DNA of 64,000 nt, taken from a virus. The stretch covers positions 96,001 to 160,000 of the IMG/VR virus record IMGVR_UViG_3300049043_000070, one strand, 5' to 3'. The notes under the pieces were generated by a model. That model searched no databases, was not told where the DNA came from, and was given only the letters and a program-made list of their open reading frames with translations. Positions 34,514 to 46,719 of the stretch are shown one piece after another. Every line of letters starts with the position of its first letter. Position 1 is the first letter of the stretch. Position numbers and translations under genes: made by a program.

Positions 34514-34932
34514 CCGCAGAAACTGAAATCCAGTGGAAACAATCTGATATGGTTGAAGTACTTCTTGGAGAACCTGATGATTTTCTAAAGGTGCGAGAAA
34601 CTTTGACCAGAATTGGTGTAGCTTCTCGTAAAGAAAAGAAAATTTATCAGTCTTGTCATATTCTGCATAAGCAGGGTAAGTATTATATTGTTCATTTCAA
34701 AGAGCTCTTTGCCTTAGATGGAAAGAATACTAATCTATCTTTGAATGATGTGCAAAGACGTAATCGTATTATTCAACTTCTCAGTGATTGGGGATTGATT
34801 ACGATTGTAACACCTGATAAAATTGCTGACCTTGCCCCTCTCAATCAAATCAAGGTTCTTGCTTTTAAAGAAAAAGACGAATGGACTTTAGAAAGCAAAT
34901 ATAATATTGGTAGAAAAAAAACTGTTGAGTAA
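34510..34932 (+). CDS. regA: translational repressor RegA
   Basis: FLKVRETLTRIG, YQSCHILHKQGKYYIVHFKELF. Confidence 0.95.
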   Translation: MTAETEIQWKQSDMVEVLLGEPDDFLKVRETLTRIGVASRKEKKIYQSCHILHKQGKYYIVHFKELFALDGKNTNLSLNDVQRRNRIIQLLSDWGLITIVTPDKIADLAPLNQIKVLAFKEKDEWTLESKYNIGRKKTVE

Positions 34933-34944
34933 ACCGTAGTATTA

Positions 34945-34972
34945 ATGGGGGTTTTTACGACCCCCATTTTTT
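34945..34972 (+). terminator. intrinsic terminator after regA
   Basis: ATGGGGGT-TTTTACG-ACCCCCAT then T-run. Confidence 0.75.
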
Positions 34973-35038
34973 GTCGTTGATGTATAATTAATTGTGTGAT
35001 GCCGAATGGGTCACATGTAAACGTCGCTTTTTAGGACA

Positions 35039-35440
35039 ATGGTAACATTTAATTGGGAAACATATACACCTTACGGAATTGGTTTTGATGAAGCATTCAA
35101 TAGATTGGAAGCTATTGCAGGAGGTGGATCAAGCTACCCTCCTTACAATGTCATTAACGGAGATGATGGCAAGACCATACTTGAAGTCGCTATGGCAGGA
35201 TTTTCAGCTGAAGATATTGAGGTCGAAACTGAACGAAATGTTCTGACAATCAAAGGTAAAAGATCAGACGATAAAGAAGTCAGATATGCCCACAAAGGTA
35301 TCTCTAATAAATCATTCTCAAGGAACTGGCAACTAGCAGATAATGTAGAAGTTGAAGATGTAAAGTATCATAATGGGTTACTGACTGTTACATTGGTCAA
35401 AGAGTTGCCAGAGAAACAGAAGAAAAGAAAATGGTTCTAA
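35039..35440 (+). CDS. hsp20: small heat-shock protein
   Basis: YPPYNV, EVAMAGF, HKGIS, NGLLTV. Confidence 0.93.
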   Translation: MVTFNWETYTPYGIGFDEAFNRLEAIAGGGSSYPPYNVINGDDGKTILEVAMAGFSAEDIEVETERNVLTIKGKRSDDKEVRYAHKGISNKSFSRNWQLADNVEVEDVKYHNGLLTVTLVKELPEKQKKRKWF

Positions 35441-35447
35441 ATATTCG

Positions 35448-35481
35448 GGGCACTTGACGGTGCCCTTTTTGATGCTAAACT
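35448..35481 (+). terminator. terminator with -35 hexamer in the loop and downstream -10
   Basis: GGGCAC-TTGACG-GTGCCC-TTTTT; TGC-TAAACT at 35473-35481. Confidence 0.65.
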
Positions 35482-35503
35482 AATATCAAACATACAATAT
35501 CTT

Positions 35504-35850
35504 ATGGCAGTATCAATCGTTACACTCAAGACGGGTGATCGTGTCATTACAGAACTTAAAGAAGTCTTTGATGGTGAAGACGATAATAAAAAAGGAATTT
35601 GTCTTTTGATGGACGAACCTTATGTTTTAAGTTTGGATGGCACAACCCCCAATATCTGACTGAATCTCATGGAATGGAATATCAGGTTCGCTTTAGTAAA
35701 TGGAATCCATATTCTCCTGATACTATGTTTAAAATTCCATATGATTGTGTCATGACAATTAGTAGTCCAGAACCAGGATTACAAAAAGCTTATGAAAATA
35801 AAATCACCCAAAAGAAGGAACTAGAAAATGACCGAGCAACTGAAGACTAA
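35504..35850 (+). CDS. conserved hypothetical protein (frameshifted)
   Basis: MAVSIVTLKTGDRVITEL...FSKWNPYS. Confidence 0.65.
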
Positions 35851-36211
35851 TCATGGAATTCGTATCGTAACTCTTGCTACGGCAGAAAGAGTTTTGTGTA
35901 TGTTTGGTGAAGTCAAAAATGATGAGGAAAATGTTATCGGATATAGGATGCTGTATCCGTTTGTTCTAAGTCTTGGCACTCCAAACGAAGATGGAACTGT
36001 TCCCATTCAATATGAAAGATGGTGTCCATTTAGTCCAATTGAAGAACATCGCTTGAGCGGAGATCATATTATCAGTGTTGTTTATCCTGATAATAATATT
36101 CTTGATAATTATGTACTCAAATTGAAAGAGTATGGATTTACTGATGAACAACTTTTCTTTGAGGTGAACCAAGATGGAAATAACAGCGAACTTGCTGAAG
36201 TTAGCGAATGA
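35828..36211 (+). CDS. conserved hypothetical protein
   Basis: Similar to upstream ORF (IVTLATAERV, WCPFS). Confidence 0.7.
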   Translation: MTEQLKTNHGIRIVTLATAERVLCMFGEVKNDEENVIGYRMLYPFVLSLGTPNEDGTVPIQYERWCPFSPIEEHRLSGDHIISVVYPDNNILDNYVLKLKEYGFTDEQLFFEVNQDGNNSELAEVSE

Positions 36212-36455
36212 GTGGATTATCGCTCAGGTAGAGGAGGTTGAGGGTGCCACTTCAATAGGTGACCCCGACTGTGTTTTACGAGAACCATATGTGGTAGAAT
36301 GTGATGGTGAGATCTATTCATGGCCTCGTCATTCAAATGATCGTGAGGTGATTGTCAGATCTTCTGATATTACCACACTTGTCAATCCAAGTACCAAGTT
36401 GCTTGCTACTTATCTACTCAAAGTTGATCCTCCAAAACCGCCAAAGTCTGAATGA
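36174..36455 (+). CDS. conserved hypothetical protein
   Basis: 93-aa ORF directly before gp43. Confidence 0.7.
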   Translation: MEITANLLKLANEWIIAQVEEVEGATSIGDPDCVLREPYVVECDGEIYSWPRHSNDREVIVRSSDITTLVNPSTKLLATYLLKVDPPKPPKSE

Positions 36456-38952
36456 AGTTTTATACTAATGTTGAACAAGCTGGCAACCGATTGCTGGTAC
36501 GTGGTTATGAATGTGGTAAAAACACAGAAGCGAGATATAGTGTTAGGGTTCCATTTAATCCTACACTATATCTCCCTTCAAAAAATTATTCTGAGTGGAG
36601 AACCCTTGAAGGAAATTGTGTAGAACCTCATAAGTTTGGATCTATTTCTGAAGCACGAGATTTTGTAAAAAAGTATGATCAAGTAGAAGATTTTCAAATC
36701 TACGGCAATACCAGATTTTTGTATCAATACATTGCTGAAGAACATCCGGAGGATGAGATTAAGTTTGATAGCAGTAAGATCCGTGTCTTCACAATTGATA
36801 TTGAGACCTCAGCAGAAAATGGATTTCCTGATGTAGCATCTGCCGATCAGGAAATTCTTGCGATCTCTATTAAAGATAGCTTTACTGGTCGCATTACTGT
36901 TTGCGGTGCAGACCATTTGATAACAAAGATCCAATGGTTGATTACATGCATTTCCGTCAAGAAGAAAGCATGTTAACCGCTTTTCTGGATTATTGGCAAG
37001 AGAACTATCCAGATGTGATTACTGGATGGAATGTACAGTTGTTTGACATGCCGTACATTCACAATCGGATTGATCGCATTTTGGGTGAAAAATATACAAA
37101 ACTTTTATCACCGTGGAAACTTGTATCTCGCCGTGAGATCTTTATTAAGGGTCGCAAGCAGTTTGCCGTAGATACTCTTGGTATTTCTACTCTTGATTAT
37201 CTTGAATTGTATAAGAAATTTACTTATACCAACCAAGAGAGTTATCGTCTTGATTACATTTGTAATGTAGAATTAGGTGCCAAAAAACTGGATCACAGTG
37301 AGTTTGATACCTTCAAAGAATTCTATGAGAATGACTGGCAGAAGTTTATTGAATATAACATTCATGACGTTCGCCTTGTTGATCAATTGGACGACAAGAT
37401 GAAACTTCTTGATTTGGCATTTACTATGGCATATGACGCTAAAGTAAATTACGAGGATGTGTTCTCCCAGGTTCGTATGTGGGACAATTACATTTTTGTA
37501 GAATTGTTGAAGCGCAAGATTGCCATTCCTCCCAAAAAAGAAGCTGTTAAAGATGCTAAGTATGCCGGAGCATATGTGAAGGAACCTATTCCTGGTTTCT
37601 ATGACTGGGTTGTGTCTTTTGACCTCAATAGTTTGTATCCGCATTTGATCATGCAGTATAACATTTCCCCTGAGACTCTTATTAGACGAAAGACACTCTG
37701 AGGCAAATGTTGATGATCTTCTAAACAAAAAAGTAGAAATCAATGGTGATCATTGTGTTGCTGCTAACGGCGCACAGTATCGTAAAGACATTCATGGTTT
37801 TCTACCTCAGATGATGCAGAAGATGTATGACGGTCGTGTGATCTACAAAAAGAAAATGCTTGCTGCCAAGCAGCAGTATGAGAAAACACCCACAGTGGAA
37901 CTCATGAAGGATATTGCCAGATACAATAATATTCAAATGGCAAAAAAGATTTCTTTGAACTCTGCCTATGGCGCTATTGGTAACGAGCACTTCCGCTATT
38001 ACAAACTGGCAAATGCTGAAGCGATCACTCTATCTGGTCAGCTCTCTATCCGCTGGATTGAGAATAAAATGAACCAGTATCTAAATAAGGTGTTGAAGAC
38101 TGGTGACGTTGATTATGTGATTGCTTCTGATACTGATAGCATCTATCTGTGTCTTGATGCTCTTGTTCAAAATGTCTTTAGTGACACATTACCAGAGAAA
38201 GCAAAGATCGTTTCTTTCTTGGACAAGGCATGTCAAACACAGATTGAACCTTTCATTGAAAAGTCCTATCAAGAACTGGCTGATTATATGAATGCGTATG
38301 ATCAGAAGATGCAAGATGAAGCGGGAGAACATTGCCGACCGTGGCATCTGGACAGCAAAGAAGCGTTATATTTTGAACGTATGGGATAGTGAAGGTGTGC
38401 GATATACTGATCCAAAGATGAAAATCATGGGTCTTGAAACTGCTAGGTCTTCAACTCCAGCATACTTCAGAGACAAATTGTATGAAGCCTTCAAGATTAT
38501 TATCGGCAAAACAAATGATGAACTCATCAATTTCATCAATGATGTCCGTGATGAAACCAGAAAGCGACCCTATTCCGAAGTTGCCTTCCCCAGAGGCGTC
38601 AACAATTTGGCAAAGTATCGCCACCCCACGGAGATTTACAGGAAAGGAACCCCCATTCATGTAAGAGGTGCTCTGCTCTATAACCATTATGTTAAAAAGC
38701 ATAAGATTGAGCATAAGCATCAACTTATTCAAGAGGGTGAAAAGATTAAGTTTATGTATCTTAAAACTCCAAACATAATTCATGAAAACTGTATCGCTTC
38801 TTGGTGAATTGCCACCAGAATTTGGATTGGAAAAGTATGTAGACTACCAGACACAATTTGAAAAATCTTTTCTTGAACCGCTCAAAAATGTGTTAGAATG
38901 TATTGGATGGAAACATGAAAAGGTGATCACGATTGGGAGCTTCTTTGAATGA
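36452..38952 (+). CDS. gp43: family B DNA polymerase gp43 (several frameshifts)
   Basis: IDIE exonuclease, SFDLNSLYP, KISLNSAYG, SDTDS. Confidence 0.96.
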
Positions 38953-39119
38953 ATATCTGGATTGTGTGTTGGACCAATCATGTCGTTGGGCAGATTGGTC
39001 CAAATAACATCAAATGTTTTGAGGAGTATGAAACTGCCAGAGCATTTGCTAAGATGATGAGCAATGATTATTCTTATGTTAATATGTACGAGGATGAGGC
39101 AAAACAATGGGATTTTTAG
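38949..39119 (+). CDS. small hypothetical protein
   Basis: [15 protein letters not shown]... Confidence 0.5.
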   Translation: MNIWIVCWTNHVVGQIGPNNIKCFEEYETARAFAKMMSNDYSYVNMYEDEAKQWDF

Positions 39120-40120
39120 ATTTAGTTATTAAAGACAGTGGCAATGAATATGCTGCTTTGGTTAGCGATGGTGTTGCCGCTGGCGACATTACTACTTTTG
39201 TTGATACAGGTTCTTTCATTTTTAACGCACTGGTTAGTGGATCTATCTTTGGTGGTATCCCATCTAACAAAGTTACAGCTCTTGCTGGGGAAACAAGTAC
39301 AGGTAAAACATTTTTTGCTTTGTCTCTTGTTCGTAGTTTTCTTAATGCTAACCCTGATGGTGGCGTCATTTATTTTGAAAGTGAGTCTGCTATTTCCCGC
39401 GATATGATTGAAAGTCGTGGAATTGATAGTAAGCGTATGGTAATCTTTCCTGTTGGAACAATTGAAGAGTTTAGAACACAAGCAGTTCGTATTCTTGATA
39501 AGTACCTTAAAGAACCAAAAGATGAACGCCAACCATTAATGTTTGTCTTGGATAGTCTTGGTATGCTTTCTACCAGCAAAGAAATGGAAGACGTTGCTAA
39601 TGACAAACAAGTTCGTGATATGACTAAATCGCAACTGATTAAGGGTGCGTTTCGTGTTCTAACTCTCAAGCTTGGTCAAGCGAACGTGCCTATGATCGTA
39701 ACTAATCATACATATGATGTGATTGGATCGTATGTTCCACAAAAAGAAATGGGCGGTGGTACTGGATTAAAGTACGCAGCATCAACGATTATATACTTGT
39801 CTAAATCAAAAGAGAAGGATGGCACTGAGGTGGTTGGTAATATCATCAAGTGTGAAGCAAAAAAATCACGATTAACCAAGGAGGGTAGTAAAATTGCCAC
39901 AAGACTTTTCTTTGACGAGCGTGGACTGGATCGCTATTACGGATTACTGGAATTGGGTGAGGAGCACGGAGTATTCACTCGTAAAGGAAATCGTATCGTT
40001 GTTGGCGAATCCTCTGTTTATCCTTCTGTTATTCTTGCCGATCCCGAGAAGTATTTCACGGAAGAAATAATGGCTCAACTTGAAGAAGCAGCAAGGAAAG
40101 AATTTGGTTATGGCAACTGA
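39107..40120 (+). CDS. uvsX: RecA-like recombinase UvsX
   Basis: [25 protein letters not shown]. Confidence 0.94.
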   Translation: MGFLDLVIKDSGNEYAALVSDGVAAGDITTFVDTGSFIFNALVSGSIFGGIPSNKVTALAGETSTGKTFFALSLVRSFLNANPDGGVIYFESESAISRDMIESRGIDSKRMVIFPVGTIEEFRTQAVRILDKYLKEPKDERQPLMFVLDSLGMLSTSKEMEDVANDKQVRDMTKSQLIKGAFRVLTLKLGQANVPMIVTNHTYDVIGSYVPQKEMGGGTGLKYAASTIIYLSKSKEKDGTEVVGNIIKCEAKKSRLTKEGSKIATRLFFDERGLDRYYGLLELGEEHGVFTRKGNRIVVGESSVYPSVILADPEKYFTEEIMAQLEEAARKEFGYGN

Positions 40121-41496
40121 ACGTATTGAAGAAACTATCTTGCGTAATCTTCTCTTCAATGAGGAGTATTACCGCAAGGTAGTTCCATTTCTAAAAGCAG
40201 ATTATTTCAACGAATATCATGAACGCATCATCTTTGAAGAGATTGCTGACTTTGCCAGTAAGTACGACAAAGTACCTACTCAAGAAGTTCTCTCAATCAA
40301 CCTCCAATCTAGAAACGATCTTACAGAAGACACATTCCAAAGTTCCTTATCTACACTCAAGTCCCTCGGAAACGATTGGATTGACTATGGCTGGTCCTTG
40401 ATGCCACAGAAAAGTGGTGTCAAGACAGAGCAATCTATCTCGCTCTCATGCTATCCATCAAGGTCGCAGATGGAGGTGATAAAAAACTATCAAAAGATGC
40501 GATCCCAGGTATCCTTCAGGAGGCCTGGCAGTATCGTTTGATGAACACATAGGACACGATTATATTGAACAAGCAGAAGAACGATATGATTTTTACCACC
40601 GTGTTGAAGAAAAAATCCCGTTTGATCTTGAAAAGTTTAATTTCATTACCAAAGGTGGTCTCCCCAATAAAACTCTCAATATCGCTCTTGCTGGCACGGG
40701 CGTCGGAAAAAGTCTATTCATGTGTCATATGGCTAGTGCCGCTCTCACACAGGGACGCAACGTACTCTATATTACATGTGAAATGGCAGAGGAGAAAATT
40801 GCTGAGCGAATTGACGCAAACTTATTGAATGTCAATGTCAAAGACATTGCTGAATTGCCTGAAGTTCTCTTTACTTCTAAAGTTCAAGAGATTGCTAGAA
40901 AGACTAGAGGAAAACTTATCATCAAAGAATATCCAACAGCATCAGCACACGTTGGACATTTCAAGGCATTACTCTCAGATCTTTCCTTGAAAAAAAGTTT
41001 TAAACCTGATATAATCTTTATTGATTATTTAAACATCTGTGCTAGTGCGAGGTACAAAGGTGCGATTGTCAATTCTTACACGTATGTCAAAGCGATTGCT
41101 GAAGAGCTGCGTGGTCTTGCTGTGGAGAACAATGTACCAATTGTCTCTGCTACTCAAACTACTCGCAGTGGTTATGGTAATAGTGATCCTGACCTTACCG
41201 ATACTTCTGAGTCTTTTGGTCTTCCTGCCACTGCTGACTTTATGTTTGCCCTTATTTCTACTGAGGAACTTGAACAACAGGGTCGCATCATGGTCAAACA
41301 ACTTAAAAACCGATACAATGACCCAACTGCCTCTAGAAAATTCATGGTGGGAATTGACAGAGCGAAGATGAAGCTGTATGATGTAGCAGATGATGCTTCT
41401 GCTATCAGTATAGATGCTGAAGACCCTGGCGAAGAGTTCGCCCAATTTGCCCAAACACAAAACCGTTTATCTAAATTTGCTGAGTGGAATGTATGA
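40110..41496 (+). CDS. gp41: replicative helicase gp41 (frameshifted)
   Basis: [39 protein letters not shown]. Confidence 0.95.
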
Positions 41497-41899
41497 CTAT
41501 TGATTTTAATCGTTACAAAGAATTTGTTGCTGCCGTCACTTCAGATGCCTCAACAAACTTTGTTGATTTTGCCGATCGTATTGTAGAACTTGATCGGCAA
41601 GGAGACTTAGCATTGAACGACTGCTTACTGCTGGAGTTGGAATTAATGCTGAAGGTGGCGAGTTTCTTGAGATTATTAAGAAGATGATTTTTCAGGGAAA
41701 ACCTTGGAATGAGGATAATAAGGAGCATCTGATTATTGAATTGGGTGATATTATGTGGTATGTCGCTCAAGCAACCCTAGCACTTGGAATTTCATTTGAC
41801 GAAGTGCTTGAGCGAAATGTTAAGAAACTTGAAAAACGGTATCCAGGTGGACAGTTTGACATCTACTACAGTGAGAACAGAGCAGAAGACGACCTCTAA
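41493..41899 (+). CDS. mazG: MazG-family nucleotide pyrophosphohydrolase (frameshifted)
   Basis: IELGDIMWY, NVKKLEKRYPGG. Confidence 0.88.
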
Positions 41900-41903
41900 T
41901 TAC

Positions 41904-41940
41904 AAACCTCCCTCTAAATACTAGCAGGGAGGTTTTTTTC
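41904..41940 (+). terminator. terminator with late-promoter core CTAAATA in the loop
   Basis: AAACCTCCCT-CTAAATACTAGC-AGGGAGGTTT then T-run. Confidence 0.75.
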
Positions 41941-41942
41941 TT

Positions 41943-43442
41943 ATGACTAAACAAATAGATTTATCTGGATTTGGTGCTGAATATAAAAAAGCAATCAATG
42001 ATATTATGGATTCTCTCGGGGATGAAAATTTCTCTTTTTATAATTTTGACGTAACAAAAATTGCTGATCCTACAGGCAGATCAAAAATTTTCTTTGCTCT
42101 TAAAGTAATTGTTCCCAGAGCAAAGAGAACAAAAGCAGCATCCATGATCGCACAAAATGTTGGTAGTAAAGGATATAGTGCGGTTGATACTAAAGGAACT
42201 GGAAATCAATTAGATATTTCTGTTGCTGGTAAAACTTTAAGAATTGATATTAAACCAGAAGGTGGTGGCTCGGGGTGGAGGCGCCGCTGAAACTGCAAGA
42301 AATGAAGCAGCACAGTGTCTTTATGCTGCTCTTGCTTTTAACGTATACAGAAGAGAAATAGATGAAAATCTTCCTGTTTCATTAAGTGATCTTGAAAAAG
42401 CATCAACGACAATTGACGTTGATGTGCCCTTTGAGCAATTGCTTCCAGATGAATTGTCAAGAGAATGGCAGATATCTTCTATCAGGGGAGCAAATAAACT
42501 GTGGCAAACTTTTCATAATTCGGGTAAACATTATATTTTTTGTAGAGGTGGTGGACCAGACGACAAGGAAATTAAAAGAGCATACCAACGAGCTAGAAGA
42601 AGTATGATGAAAGACCCTAATGTTAGGGTAAATTTTTCTTCTGAAGACAAATGGAATCCAGCAGATATCTGGATGGTATCGTCTACATTTAATCCCAGTG
42701 ATTTAGATAAGTATAAAACTGTTGATACAATAAACGAATTTATAAAAGAAAAATACGAAGAGAGAGAACTGATTGGTGTTTCTTTAAAAAAATAAAAGAT
42801 CAAGCAAAGTTAAAAGTTTTGAATTATGATCCAAATGATAAAATGAAAGAACTTGAAGATGTTAAATGGGGACAATATTGGGTAAAATTTAGAGATAATA
42901 AATTACTTGGCGGCGAAGATGCCTTCCCAATGGATGTGTATCTTTATTGGGTAAAAAATGGAAATCAAAGTCAAAGATTTCAATCAAGAAATTTTGGTGG
43001 AGCATCATCTCCATCTTGGCAGATAGAGAAGAAAGGAGCATCTGCAGCACAGGGTCGTTGTGGTGGTGGTAGCATAGTTGAAATTTTAAAATCTTTGGGT
43101 GTTTCTTATAGTGGCATTACAACTGGTTGGAATAATAGAACGTTGTGGCCGACTTGCAAACCAACAAATAAATCCAAGAAAGATCGTATCAATGATCAAT
43201 TAGTTGAATTGCTTGACAAATATTGCGGCACAAATACAGACACTGGATATCCTGGAAAAATACAAGCAAGAGTCGAAGTTGCTAATCAAACTCAATCTTA
43301 CAGATATAGTAAGTTGATGGGTCTTCGTTTGTTGGATTGTATTTTAACTTCTGGAAAAGCAGATGAGATTATGAAAGCATTATATTGTTATGCTGGATCA
43401 CAAACTGATAAATCATCGGTTCATGTAAAATTGATGGATTGA
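41943..43442 (+). CDS. about 490-aa hypothetical protein, possible PD-(D/E)xK nuclease (three fragments)
   Basis: Fragments 41943-42290, 42244-42795, 42819-43442; WNPADIW...IGVSLKK. Confidence 0.55.
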
Positions 43443-43443
43443 T

Positions 43444-43498
43444 GGACAGTTTGAAACTGTCCCATACTTCGCACTCCCCAACCAAAATCGTGTATTAT
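43444..43498 (+). promoter_or_regulatory. perfect palindrome plus -10 hexamer
   Basis: GGACAGTTT-G-AAACTGTCC; TATTAT at 43493. Confidence 0.55.
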
Positions 43499-43504
43499 AG
43501 ATAG

Positions 43505-44709
43505 ATGGCAAACGTAACTCAACTCAAACACTTAGAACACCTTGAAGATGAGATGCTCAACTATGGAGTTGAGGGATGTGAATCTGCTGTATCTTTCTTG
43601 AAAGAATTGAGGAAGATGATGGGTCATCAAGAAAGCACTGGATTTATGCAAACGAAATGGGATGGTGCTCCTTCGGTTGTTTGTGGTGTGGATCCTTTAT
43701 CTGGAGTATTTTTTGTTGGCACGAAGTCTGTGTTTAACAAAACCGAACCTAAATATGTGCTACTGAAAAATCAGTTGATGACTATTACGATGGTGATCTA
43801 GCAGAAAAACTTAAATATTCTCTTCGTTACTTTAGTAAACTTGGTATCAAAGGAGTTATTCAGGGTGATTTATTATTTACTGATTCCACCAGACACATTG
43901 AAACTGTAAATAAAGAACAACTCTACACCTTTAGACCAAACACTATTACTTATGGCATTCCTACTGACCACGATATTGGTAAAGAAGTTGGCAGAGCAAA
44001 AATTGGAGTAGTATTTCATACTCATTATACTGGTGATTGTCTTGCTGAAATGCAAGCACGAGCTGGTGCTCCCATCAATACTTTCAATAAAGTTCCTGAA
44101 GTAGCAGTGATTGCTAATGATACCCCCATGGATCGTGTTGGATTTTCAAGAGCAGAGATGGCACGATTTGATAGGTATATTGCTAAAATCAATAGGATGT
44201 CTCAACTATGTGGAGACTTTCTGGATGATCTTGTCAGTAACTTTGGTACTACTGGTGATGCTAAGTTCCATATCTCTTCTTATCTAAAGCAGTTTTTTAA
44301 TAGTGAGATCAAGAATGCTCGCAGCATTTCTAATATTGATGAGACCATAAACGAACTGGTTAATTTCTATCATGATAAAATGAGTAAAGAACTTGCCAAG
44401 ATAAAGACACCAGCAAATCTTGTGACAAAAAGAAACCTTGTTTATAAAAGTGAGAACTACTTGTTGGATAATGTTTATAAGTTCAAGACCATGATTGCTC
44501 TGTACAAAGAACTACAGGCAGTCAAGCAAATGGTTATAGATAAACTAGACCATCTTGAAGAGTTCAGAACTTTTGTTCAGACCGAGAAAGGATACAAGGT
44601 CACAACTCCTGAAGGTTATGTTCTTCATAAAGACGGTAGCATGATCAAGTTTGTCAATCGTCTGGAGTTTGCTTACAACAACTTCACACTACAAAAGCAA
44701 TGGCGATAG
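43505..44709 (+). CDS. conserved hypothetical protein (frameshifted)
   Basis: HLEHLED, KWDGAP, FVGTKS, PEGYV, KFVNRLEF. Confidence 0.8.
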
Positions 44710-45260
44710 GAAAATGCTGCTACTTTACATTTGGTAGGTTTCAACCACCTACCACTGGACACAAAGAAAACTTTGATGGTGTGAAGCAAGCAGCTGGATC
44801 GCATGATTACAGGATCTATATCTCCCAAACAGTTGATACAAAGGGGAGCAATCCGTTGCCACCAGATGTAAAGCTTAGTTACATGAACAAGATGTTTCCT
44901 GAGCATAACGGTAAAATATATTCTGGTCCTAAACAACCAGTAGAAATTTTACAAGATCTTATGCTAGCGGGTTATGATGAAGTGGTATTTCTTGTGGGGT
45001 CTGATCGGGTCAGTGCCATGCAATTCCTCCATAAATACAACGGAAAAGACTTTTCTTTCAGAAACATTGAGATCAAATCTTCTGGAAGTAGAGATGCTGA
45101 CGGTGATACATTCGCCATCTCAGGAACAAAAATGAGAAGAGCAGCGTTTGCTGGAGATTTCAAGACATTCCGTTCTGGTATTCCTAGAGCTTTGAATGAT
45201 AAAGAATGTATGAACTTGATGAACGAAATACAGAGTAGGTTACCGAAAACATTTAAATGA
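44700..45260 (+). CDS. cytidyltransferase-like (HIGH family) protein
   Basis: FGRFQPPTTGH, VGSDR, ISGTKMR. Confidence 0.88.
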   Translation: MAIGKCCYFTFGRFQPPTTGHKENFDGVKQAAGSHDYRIYISQTVDTKGSNPLPPDVKLSYMNKMFPEHNGKIYSGPKQPVEILQDLMLAGYDEVVFLVGSDRVSAMQFLHKYNGKDFSFRNIEIKSSGSRDADGDTFAISGTKMRRAAFAGDFKTFRSGIPRALNDKECMNLMNEIQSRLPKTFK

Positions 45261-45549
45261 AAGATTTCAAAAAACTACGAGAAGAAGCCTGCGCCAACAG
45301 CAACGACAGCAGGAAGTTTTTAAGGAAGGTGATGTTGTCATGTCTTCCCGTAACGGGGAGAAAGGAATTATTCACAGAGTTGGTGGAAACTATGCGATCA
45401 TCATTACCGAAGATGGTGAGATGTTTAGAGAATGGATCAGAAATGTAAGATCTATAAATAGTCAAAAGAGAACCTTTCACTACAACAATGAAGTATCAGA
45501 AGCCCAGTTAATACAGTTAAAAATAATGATGAGTTTTCTTCCGAATTGA
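45257..45549 (+). CDS. hypothetical protein (frameshifted)
   Basis: MKDFKKLREE...GIIHRVGGNY; 3' end uncertain. Confidence 0.6.
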
Positions 45550-46289
45550 TGGAAGCATTTAGTCGTTGGATGGAGGGAGAAGGTTTCCAAACTCCAAATA
45601 CAATCAGCGAAGCACCATTTGATGGCATGGATCCTCAGTCACATGGCGCAGAAATTGAGCATACTACTACCAAGAAAAAGAGTGCTAAGAAAGAAACTCC
45701 AAAGCAGCAACTAGCAACTAAGGAAGAGTACGAAGTTCTAGAGACTGAGGAGTATGAGATTGATGGTGAAGTCTATGTTCTTGAGAAAGTCAAGATGGAC
45801 GGCAAAGATGACAACGGTTTCAAAACTTGTTGGAAAGGTTACAAAAAGCAAGGCACCAAGGTCAAGGGTGGTAAAGAAGTCAACAACTGCGTGAAAGCTG
45901 GTTACGAAGCAGAAGGCGAGGAAGACCTCCAAGAAAAGGCACCTCCTGGTGAAAAGTATGAGCGTATGGTCAAGCACATCAAGAAAGGTTATTCAAAAGA
46001 TGGTTTGAGTGATAAAGAAAAGTCAATTGCTTATGCTACTGCTTGGAAAGCAAAGAATAAGATGAAGAAAGAAGAGTATGAATGTGAGAGTGGTGAGAAG
46101 GAAGAGAAGATGGGTAAGTCTTCCAAGAAAAAGCATGAGAAGATGGAGATGAAGAAGGAAGGAATGGATCCAGTTGGCAAGGAAGATGGCGATATTGATA
46201 ACGATGGTGATAAGGATAAGTCAGATAAGTATCTTGCTGCTCGTCGCAAGAAGATCGGTAAAATTATGGCAATGAAGAAAAAGTCATGA
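45488..46289 (+). CDS. highly charged head-associated hypothetical protein
   Basis: CWKGYKKQG, YATAWK, DIDNDGDKDKSDKYL; start inferred across an indel. Confidence 0.7.
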
Positions 46290-46684
46290 AATCCTTTAAA
46301 AAATTCTGTGAAGAATGTGGTTGCGAAAAGAAAGAACCAAAAAGTAAAAAGAAAGCATCTGTAGAAGTGATGCCAACAATAAATGATGGGCAGAAGGGTA
46401 TGACTACAAAACCCACCAACGAAGGTTTTGCTGGCAACTATAAAGGACCACTATACGCACCTCATCCTGACATCAAGAAAGAAAATTATGATAAGGGTGA
46501 GTATGATTATGAAGGCGATATGGCAAAGACGCAATTGAAAGGAATTATTCGTAATGCCCAGGAACTACATGATATGTTACAACCTGCTGACAATCTTCCT
46601 GAGTGGGTTCAGTCTAAGATTACAATGGCAGCAGACTATATTCAGACATCTACAGATTACATGATGAGTGTCAGAGGTAGATAA
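46286..46684 (+). CDS. hypothetical protein
   Basis: MKSFKKFCEE; EGDMAKTQL...LPEWVQSKIT. Confidence 0.7.
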   Translation: MKSFKKFCEECGCEKKEPKSKKKASVEVMPTINDGQKGMTTKPTNEGFAGNYKGPLYAPHPDIKKENYDKGEYDYEGDMAKTQLKGIIRNAQELHDMLQPADNLPEWVQSKITMAADYIQTSTDYMMSVRGR

Positions 46685-46719
46685 ATCATAAATAATTTTG
46701 TAGATTTTGGTCTCTAATC

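Noticed and set aside
35504-36455. Three similar small ORFs before gp43 as a novel system
   Set aside because: Such a set is a usual feature at this position in T4-like cyanophages and shows no functional motif
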